A stretch of 24,000 bases of DNA from contig NZ_JAUFPU010000010.1 of assembly GCF_030409555.1 (NCBI RefSeq), positions 2,183 to 26,182 of the forward strand, written 5' to 3'. A program made the position numbers and the translations under genes. Below the pieces are notes generated by a model. That model saw nothing but the letters and a program-made list of their open reading frames with translations, was not told where the DNA came from and searched no databases. The stretch's first letter is position 1; every line of letters begins with the position of its first letter. The stretch is from Chitinimonas viridis (lineage in GTDB: Bacteria > Pseudomonadota > Gammaproteobacteria > Burkholderiales > Chitinimonadaceae). Positions 16,237-24,000 of this stretch are shown in pieces.

Positions 16237-18509
16237 TGATTGCCCAGGAACTCGAAGTAAGCCTGCATACGGCTTTTGTGGAGGCGCGTCAGAAACGCCA
16301 CGAATACATCACGGTGGAACACCTCCTGTTGGCCATGCTCGACAACCAGAGCGCGGCGGAAGTGCTGCGCGCCTGCGGCGCCAAGATCGACCAGTTGCGC
16401 CGCGAACTGACCGACTTCGTGGCGGAGCACACGCCCATGGTGGCCGGTACCGGCGAGGTGGAAACCCAACCCACCATCGGTTTCCAGCGCGTGATACAGC
16501 GTGCCATCCTGCATGTGCAGTCGTCCGGCAAGAAGGAAGTAACGGGCGCCAACGTGCTGGTCGCCATCTTCGGCGAAAAGGATTCGCATGCCGTGTACTT
16601 CCTGCATCAGCAGGGAATCACCCGGTTGGATGTGGTCAATTTCATCTCTCACGGCATCAGCAAGGTGGCACCGCAATCGGGCGGCCAGGCGGCGCCCAAG
16701 GGCGGTGAGGCGGAGCACGAGAGCGAAGCGGAAACCCAGAACCATGGGGCGCTGGAGAGCTTTACCCTGAACCTTAACCAGGCCGCCAGCCAGGGCCGTA
16801 TTGACCCCTTGATTGGGCGCGACGCCGAGATCGAACGGGTGATACAGGTGCTGTGCCGCCGGCGCAAGAACAACCCCCTGCTGGTGGGCGAGGCTGGCGT
16901 GGGCAAGACGGCCATTGCCGAGGGCCTGGCCAAGCGCATCGTCGACGGCGAAGTGCCTGACATCCTGGTGGATGCCACGGTCTACGCCCTGGACATGGGC
17001 GCTTTGCTGGCGGGCACCAAGTACCGTGGTGATTTCGAGCAGCGCCTCAAGGCGGTGATCAAGCAGTTGGGCGAGGATCGCAATGGCATCCTGTTCATAG
17101 ACGAGATCCATACCGTGGTGGGGGCGGGCGCGGCTTCTGGTGGTACGCTGGATGCCTCCAACCTGCTCAAGCCGGCGCTGAGCAATGGTGCGCTCAAGTG
17201 CATAGGCGCCACCACCTATACCGAGTTTCGCGGCATATTCGAGAAGGACAATGCGCTCAGCCGTCGCTTCCAGAAGATAGACGTGAGCGAGCCCACCATC
17301 GAGCAGACGGTGGAGATACTGAAGGGGCTCAAGAGTCGCTTCGAGGAGCATCATGGCGTCAAGTACACGGCGGCGGCGCTGGCCACGGCGGCTGAGCTGT
17401 CGGCCAAGTACATCAACGACCGCCATCTGCCCGACAAGGCCATCGATGTGATAGACGAGGCTGGCGCGGCACAGAAGATACTGCCCAAGTCGCGCCAGAA
17501 GAAGACCATAGGCAAGGGTGAGGTCGAGGAGATCGTGGCCAAGATCGCCCGCATTCCGCCCAAGAATGTGTCCAGCGACGACCGCAACGCGCTCAAGACC
17601 CTGGATCGTGACCTGAAGAACGTGGTGTTTGGACAGGAGAAGGCCATTGATGCGCTGGCGGCTTCGATCAAGATGGCCCGTGCAGGCCTGGGTAATCCGC
17701 AAAAGCCCATCGGCTCCTTCCTGTTCTCCGGCCCGACCGGGGTAGGCAAGACCGAGGTGGCGCGGCAACTGGCCTATACCCTGGGTATCGAGCTGATCCG
17801 CTTTGATATGTCCGAATACATGGAGCGCCATGCGGTCAGCCGGCTGATAGGCGCGCCTCCCGGCTATGTGGGGTTCGATCAGGGCGGGCTACTGACCGAG
17901 GCCATCACCAAGCATCCTTATGCTGTGTTGCTGCTGGATGAGATCGAGAAAGCCCATCCTGACATCTTTAACGTGCTGCTGCAGGTGATGGACCACGGTA
18001 CGCTGACCGACAACAACGGCCGCAAGGCGGATTTCCGCAATGTGATCATCGTCATGACCACCAATGCGGGGGCCGAATCCCTGAACAAGGCCAGCATAGG
18101 CTTCACCAACAGCAAGGCGGTGGGTGACGAGCTGGCCGAGATCAAGCGGCTGTTTACGCCGGAGTTCCGCAATCGGCTGGATGCCACCATCAGCTTTGCC
18201 CCGCTGACGCAGGAGATCATCCTGCAGGTGGTGGACAAGTTCCTCATGCAGCTGGAGAGCCAGTTGCACGAGAAGAAGGTGGAAGCCCACTTCAGCGAGG
18301 CGCTCAAGGCCTATCTGGCACGCAAGGGTTTCGACCCCCTGATGGGTGCCAGACCGATGTCGCGCCTGATTCAGGACACCATACGCAAGGCGCTGGCAGA
18401 CGAGTTGCTGTTTGGCCGGCTGGCCGGTGGTGGCGAGGTGACCATCGATGTCGATGAGGCGGATGTGGTAAGGCTGGATATCAAGGAAGTGGCTGCCGAG
18501 CCGGCCTGA
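16236..18509 (+). CDS. clpA: ATP-dependent Clp protease ATP-binding subunit ClpA
   Basis: Track ORF 16131..18509 trimmed to ATG 16236, which overlaps the clpS stop (TGATG). It has a Clp N-domain and two AAA+ modules with Walker A motifs GEAGVGKT and GPTGVGKT. Confidence 0.96.
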   Translation: MIAQELEVSLHTAFVEARQKRHEYITVEHLLLAMLDNQSAAEVLRACGAKIDQLRRELTDFVAEHTPMVAGTGEVETQPTIGFQRVIQRAILHVQSSGKKEVTGANVLVAIFGEKDSHAVYFLHQQGITRLDVVNFISHGISKVAPQSGGQAAPKGGEAEHESEAETQNHGALESFTLNLNQAASQGRIDPLIGRDAEIERVIQVLCRRRKNNPLLVGEAGVGKTAIAEGLAKRIVDGEVPDILVDATVYALDMGALLAGTKYRGDFEQRLKAVIKQLGEDRNGILFIDEIHTVVGAGAASGGTLDASNLLKPALSNGALKCIGATTYTEFRGIFEKDNALSRRFQKIDVSEPTIEQTVEILKGLKSRFEEHHGVKYTAAALATAAELSAKYINDRHLPDKAIDVIDEAGAAQKILPKSRQKKTIGKGEVEEIVAKIARIPPKNVSSDDRNALKTLDRDLKNVVFGQEKAIDALAASIKMARAGLGNPQKPIGSFLFSGPTGVGKTEVARQLAYTLGIELIRFDMSEYMERHAVSRLIGAPPGYVGFDQGGLLTEAITKHPYAVLLLDEIEKAHPDIFNVLLQVMDHGTLTDNNGRKADFRNVIIVMTTNAGAESLNKASIGFTNSKAVGDELAEIKRLFTPEFRNRLDATISFAPLTQEIILQVVDKFLMQLESQLHEKKVEAHFSEALKAYLARKGFDPLMGARPMSRLIQDTIRKALADELLFGRLAGGGEVTIDVDEADVVRLDIKEVAAEPA

Positions 18510-18528
18510 GCTGGCTGCAGGTAAAGCG

Positions 18529-18556
18529 ACGCCCCGCATTGCGGGGCGTTTTTATT
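18529..18556 (+). terminator. Rho-independent terminator of clpA
   Basis: Hairpin ACGCCCCGC-ATT-GCGGGGCGT followed by TTTTATT. Confidence 0.82.
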
Positions 18557-18565
18557 GGTGCTGGG

Positions 18566-19324
18566 TCAGGCTTGACGGTGTATGGCCAGGGGGCCGGGGG
18601 CCTGGCAGGTGGGCATCATCTCGATGACGTTGATGTTGACGTGGGGGGGCAGGCTGGCCAGCCACTCCACCGTGGCGGCGATATCGTCCGGCAGTAGCGG
18701 CTGGGTGCCTTGGTAGACACTGGCGGCCTTGGCATCATCGCCCTTGAATCGCACATTGGAGAATTCGCTGCCGCCGGCCAGGCCGGGTTCTATGCTGCTG
18801 ACCCTGACGCCGGTACCGAGCAGGTCGGCCTTGAGGTTGAGACTGAACTGGTGCACGAAGGCCTTGGTGGCGCCATAGACATTGCCGCCAGGGTAGGCGT
18901 AGTCGCCGGCAATGGAGCCGATGTTGATGATCAGGCCGCGGTTGCGGGCCACCATGCCAGGCAGGACGGCGTGGGTGACGGCCGCCAGGCCCAGGCAGTT
19001 GGTGTCTATCATGGTCTGCCAGTCGTCCAGGCTGGCGCCTTGGGCCGGTGCCAGGCCCAGGGCCAGGCCGGCGTTGTTGACCAGCAGGTCGATGGCGGCC
19101 CAGTCGCCGGGTAGCGCGGTGAGCGCAGCGCGTATGGCCTGGCGATCGCTGACATCCAGCGGCAGTGCCAATACCTGACCGGGATGTTGGTCGGCCAGCG
19201 CGGCCAGCTTGTCTTGTCGGCGGGCGGCGGCGATCACGCGGTAGCCGCGTGCCAGCAGGCGCTGGGCGGTGGCCAGGCCAAAGCCGCTGCTGGCTCCGGT
19301 GACGAGGGCGATAGGTTGTGTCAT
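18566..19324 (-). CDS. ydfG: NADP-dependent 3-hydroxy acid dehydrogenase, YdfG-like short-chain dehydrogenase/reductase
   Basis: Track ORF 18566..19381 trimmed to the ATG at 19324-19322. It has the motifs TGASSGFG, NNAG and YGATK. It is highly collinear with E. coli YdfG as I recall it (IEPGL.GG.EFSNVRFKGDD ... HVNIN.IEMMP). Confidence 0.86.
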   Translation of the reverse strand: MTQPIALVTGASSGFGLATAQRLLARGYRVIAAARRQDKLAALADQHPGQVLALPLDVSDRQAIRAALTALPGDWAAIDLLVNNAGLALGLAPAQGASLDDWQTMIDTNCLGLAAVTHAVLPGMVARNRGLIINIGSIAGDYAYPGGNVYGATKAFVHQFSLNLKADLLGTGVRVSSIEPGLAGGSEFSNVRFKGDDAKAASVYQGTQPLLPDDIAATVEWLASLPPHVNINVIEMMPTCQAPGPLAIHRQA

Positions 19325-19431
19325 GGTGGGTATCCTGGCGTCGGTTAGGGGTGGGCCGTATGTGGCCAAGCGCCTGTTCAAAGATCTTTCGCCTTCAGGC
19401 CGGCGTGAGGCGAAAAGGCTTTAATGGGATG

Positions 19432-20926
<1,495 letters not shown>

Positions 20927-20998
20927 GTATCGGGATGGCGGTTGAGGCCGGGCAGCTTGCCCGGCTGAGATGGGTCCGGCCGGGACAGGCCTGGTGGC

Positions 20999-22162
20999 TC
21001 AGTGCAGGTCGATATCGAAGCTGATTTCGGGCTCGGCCGGTGCGGCGCGGGCTGCATCGGACTGCGCGCGCTTCTGGCTGCGCTCGGCGTCTTTTTCTTC
21101 CTGCGACTGGGCGTTGTTGATCAGCCAGGCCAGGTTGGTGGCCGAGTCGGCATTGGTCATGGCTTCGTCGTAGGTGATCTCGCCTTCGCGATAGAGCTTG
21201 TACAGGGCCTGCTCAAACGTCTGGGAGCCCTGGTAGAGGCTTTGCTCCATGGCTTCCTTCATCTGGTCGATCTCGCCGTTCTTGATCAGCTCGGCAATAC
21301 GGCTGGAGTTGACCATGACTTCCACTGCCGGGGTCAGCTGGCCCTGCTTGTTCTTGACCAGACGCTGCGAGATGACAGCCTTGAGCGCGACGCTCAAGTC
21401 CATCAACAGGCTCTCGCGAGCTTCATGCGGGAAGAAGTTGATGATGCGGTTCATCGAGTGGTAGCTGTTGTTGGCGTGCAGCGTGCTGATGATCAGGTGG
21501 CCTGCCTGGGCATAGGTCAGGGCATGCTGCATGGTCATCTTGTCGCGTATCTCGCCTATCATCATGACGTCGGGCGCTTCCCGCATGGCGTTCTTGAGCG
21601 CATCGGAGAAGCTGTGGGTGTCTATGCCCACTTCACGCTGGCTGACGATGCTCTTGCGATGGGGGTAGATGTACTCGATCGGGTCTTCGATGGTGAGTAT
21701 ATGGCCCGGCGAGGTGGTGTTGCGGTGCTCCAGCATGGCGGTAATGGTGGACGTCTTGCCCGAGCCGGTGGAGCCGACCACGAAGATCAGGCCCCGCTTC
21801 TCCATGATCAACTGCTTCAGTGCGTCGGGCAGGCGCAGGTCATCGATGGTGGGGGAGATCGCCTTGATATAACGGACCACGATGCCGACATTGCCGCGCT
21901 GGCGGAAGATGTTGATACGGAAGTTGCCTATGCCCTCGATGGGGTGGCCGAAGTTCATTTCCCATTCCGATTCGAACGTGGCCCTTTGGTCCTCGGTCAT
22001 CAGCTCGTAGGCCAGGGTCTGCACATGTGCGGACTCCAGTACCTGCTTGTTAACCGGGTAGAGCACGCCCTGGATCTTGACCTGCACCGGGCTGCCTGCA
22101 GTAACGAACAGGTCGCTGGCCTTTTTCTCGGCCATCATCTTGAAGAAGGGGAGCAGGTTCAT
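20999..22162 (-). CDS. PilT/PilU family type IV pilus retraction-type ATPase (PilU-like)
   Basis: ORF 20999..22162. It has Walker A GSTGSGKT, Walker B/Asp box DVMMIGEIRD and His box STLHANNS. The N-terminus (MAEKKASDLFVTAGSP) resembles PilU. The ~40 aa C-terminal tail is charged. Confidence 0.83.
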   Translation of the reverse strand: MNLLPFFKMMAEKKASDLFVTAGSPVQVKIQGVLYPVNKQVLESAHVQTLAYELMTEDQRATFESEWEMNFGHPIEGIGNFRINIFRQRGNVGIVVRYIKAISPTIDDLRLPDALKQLIMEKRGLIFVVGSTGSGKTSTITAMLEHRNTTSPGHILTIEDPIEYIYPHRKSIVSQREVGIDTHSFSDALKNAMREAPDVMMIGEIRDKMTMQHALTYAQAGHLIISTLHANNSYHSMNRIINFFPHEARESLLMDLSVALKAVISQRLVKNKQGQLTPAVEVMVNSSRIAELIKNGEIDQMKEAMEQSLYQGSQTFEQALYKLYREGEITYDEAMTNADSATNLAWLINNAQSQEEKDAERSQKRAQSDAARAAPAEPEISFDIDLH

Positions 22163-22206
22163 GAGTGTCTTTGCATGAGCGGATTTATGCCATCAGTTTA
22201 GCACGG

Positions 22207-22243
22207 CAAAAAAAGGCAAACCCGCCATAGAGCGGGTTTGCCT
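22207..22243 (-). terminator. Rho-independent terminator of fadD
   Basis: The minus strand reads GGCAAACCCGC-TCTATG-GCGGGTTTGCC followed by TTTTTTT. Confidence 0.78.
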
Positions 22244-22268
22244 TGGGTTTGCCGGTAGGTGGCGGGGC

Positions 22269-23957
22269 TTACTTGGCCTTGGCCAGCTCTTCGTCACGCA
22301 GGGCGCGGCGCAGAATCTTGCCCACATTGGTCTTGGGTAGCTCGGTGCGGAATTCGACGTACTTGGGCACCTTGTAGCCTGTCATGTTCTTCTTGCAGTG
22401 CTCGATGACGGCGGTGTCGGTCAGCGTGGCATCCTTCTTCACCACGAATATCTTCACCACTTCACCGGACTTGTCGTCAGGAATGCCGATACAGGCCACT
22501 TCCAGCACGCCGGGGTGCATGGCGACCACGTCTTCCACTTCGTTGGGGTAGACGTTGAAGCCCGACACCAGAACCATGTCCTTCTTGCGATCAACCAGTT
22601 TGACGAAGCCATCGGGATGCACGATGGCCATGTCACCGGTCGCCAGCCAGCCATCTGCATCGATGACCTTGGCGGTTTCCTCCGGGCGGTTCCAGTAGCC
22701 CTTCATGACCTGCGGTCCCTTGATCCAGAGCTCACCAGCTTCTTCGAAGCCCAGTTCCTTGCCGTCTGCATCGCGTACCTGGATGTCGGTGGACGGCACC
22801 GGCAGGCCGATCGCGCCGTTGTAGGTCTTGAGGTTCATGGGGTTGATACAGGCGGCCGGCGAGGTCTCGGTGAGGCCGTAGGCTTCGATCAGCGGTACGC
22901 CGGTCATCTCCTTCCAGTGCTCGGCCACGGCTTTCTGTACGGCCATGCCGCCACCCAGCGCCAGTTTCCAGGTGCGGAAATTGACGTTCTTGAAATCGGG
23001 ATTGTTGGTCAGGGCATTGAACAGGGTGTTGACGCCCGTCATGCAGGTGATGGGGAACTTGTTCAGCTCCTCCACAAAGGCCGGGATGTCGCGCGGATTG
23101 GTGATCAGCACGTTCATGCCACCTATCTTGGAGAACACCATGCAGTTCGCTGTCAGCGAGAAGATATGGTACAGCGGCAGGGCGCAGACGATGACTTCCT
23201 TGCCTTCTTCCACCAGTGGCCTGAGCCAGGCGTGGGCCTGCTGCATGTTGGCGATGATGTTGCGGTGGGTCAGCATGGCTCCCTTGGAGACGCCGGTGGT
23301 GCCGCCGGTGTACTGCAGGAAGGCAATGTCGTCGTGGCCGACCGGGACCTTCTTGAGCTCGTGGCGGCGGCCGATGGCCAGGGCGCCATTGAAGGAGACA
23401 GCCTGCGGCAGATTGTAGGCCGGCACCATCTTCTTCACATGCTTGAGCAGGAAGCTGATGATGGAGCCCTTGAAGCCCAGCATGTCGCCCATTTCGGTGA
23501 CGATGACGTTCTTCACCGGGGTCTTGCCTATGACTTCGGCCAGCACATGGGCGAAGTTGGCGACGATGATGATGGTGGTGGCGCCGGAATCCTTGAGCTG
23601 GTGTTCCAGTTCACGGGGGGTGTAGAGCGGATTGACGTTGACGACGGTGAGGCCGGCACGCAACACGCCGAACACGCAGACAGGGTATTGCAGCAGGTTG
23701 GGCATCATGACCGCGACGCGTTCGCCCTTGCCCAGCTTCAGTTCATGCTGCAGGTAGGCGCCCAGATCGCGCGAGGCGGCTTCCACCTCGCCATAGTTCA
23801 TGGTGCGGCTGGCGAACTTGATCGAGTTGGCAAAAGCTGGCCGGTCAGCGAATTTCTTGGCGCTTTTCTCGAAGACTTCGCCCGCCGACTGGAATTCGTT
23901 GACGTCGATTTCGGCGGGAACGCCGGACTGATACTGGTTCAACCAGATTTTTTCCAT
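22269..23957 (-). CDS. fadD: Long-chain-fatty-acid--CoA ligase
   Basis: ORF 22269..23957. It is collinear with E. coli FadD as I recall it (MPNLLQYPV, VNVNPLYTPRELEHQL.DSGA). It has the AMP-binding motif YTGGTTGVSKGA and the YGLTETSP motif. Confidence 0.93.
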   Translation of the reverse strand: MEKIWLNQYQSGVPAEIDVNEFQSAGEVFEKSAKKFADRPAFANSIKFASRTMNYGEVEAASRDLGAYLQHELKLGKGERVAVMMPNLLQYPVCVFGVLRAGLTVVNVNPLYTPRELEHQLKDSGATTIIIVANFAHVLAEVIGKTPVKNVIVTEMGDMLGFKGSIISFLLKHVKKMVPAYNLPQAVSFNGALAIGRRHELKKVPVGHDDIAFLQYTGGTTGVSKGAMLTHRNIIANMQQAHAWLRPLVEEGKEVIVCALPLYHIFSLTANCMVFSKIGGMNVLITNPRDIPAFVEELNKFPITCMTGVNTLFNALTNNPDFKNVNFRTWKLALGGGMAVQKAVAEHWKEMTGVPLIEAYGLTETSPAACINPMNLKTYNGAIGLPVPSTDIQVRDADGKELGFEEAGELWIKGPQVMKGYWNRPEETAKVIDADGWLATGDMAIVHPDGFVKLVDRKKDMVLVSGFNVYPNEVEDVVAMHPGVLEVACIGIPDDKSGEVVKIFVVKKDATLTDTAVIEHCKKNMTGYKVPKYVEFRTELPKTNVGKILRRALRDEELAKAK

Positions 23958-24000
23958 CTCTGCTGTCTCCGTGTCTGCTGGTCTTTGTGCTGCCCGTCGG

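Noticed and set aside
16200-17831. 543-aa ORF antisense to clpA.
   Set aside because: Shadow ORF opposite a near-perfectly conserved AAA+ gene. It has no motifs and a biased composition.
21002-22201. 399-aa plus-strand ORF exactly mirroring the PilU-like gene.
   Set aside because: Shadow ORF. The minus-strand frame has clear Walker A, Walker B and His-box motifs, and the plus frame has none.

Overview
This is a GC-rich (roughly 60% by eye) proteobacterial chromosome segment that looks like core genome, not an accessory island. I can support 22 protein-coding genes, all from recognisable housekeeping families: hldC, an MscS-family channel, a DesA-type membrane desaturase, a RidA-family protein, a MarC-family protein, rpiA, phoU, ppx, corA, an EamA/DMT transporter, a NupC-family nucleoside transporter, aceK, rluE, icd, a CspA-family protein, clpS, clpA, a ydfG-like SDR, dapE, yffB, a PilU-like ATPase and fadD. 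Three neighbourhoods match those I recall from E. coli (rluE<>icd, csp<>clpS-clpA, yffB-dapE), which supports a core-genome reading. Most transcription units end in clear GC-rich hairpin plus T-tract terminators. I saw no tRNA, rRNA, IS element, integrase, CRISPR array, toxin-antitoxin pair or recognisable defence gene. I do not find a convincing candidate for a novel multi-gene system here. The observations below are modest. They cover aceK translationally coupled to rluE beside icd, an orphan GC-rich spacer bracketed by identical inverted terminator copies, and structured leaders upstream of the csp gene and the DMT transporter. They also cover a desaturase C-terminal tail, an orphan PilU-like ATPase, an orphan phoU-ppx-corA string with a weak Pho-box-like site, and unusually frequent ATA codons. 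Many long ORFs in the track are antisense shadow ORFs typical of GC-rich DNA and were rejected. Several track ORFs begin at upstream TTG or other alternative start codons and were trimmed to better-supported ATG starts.
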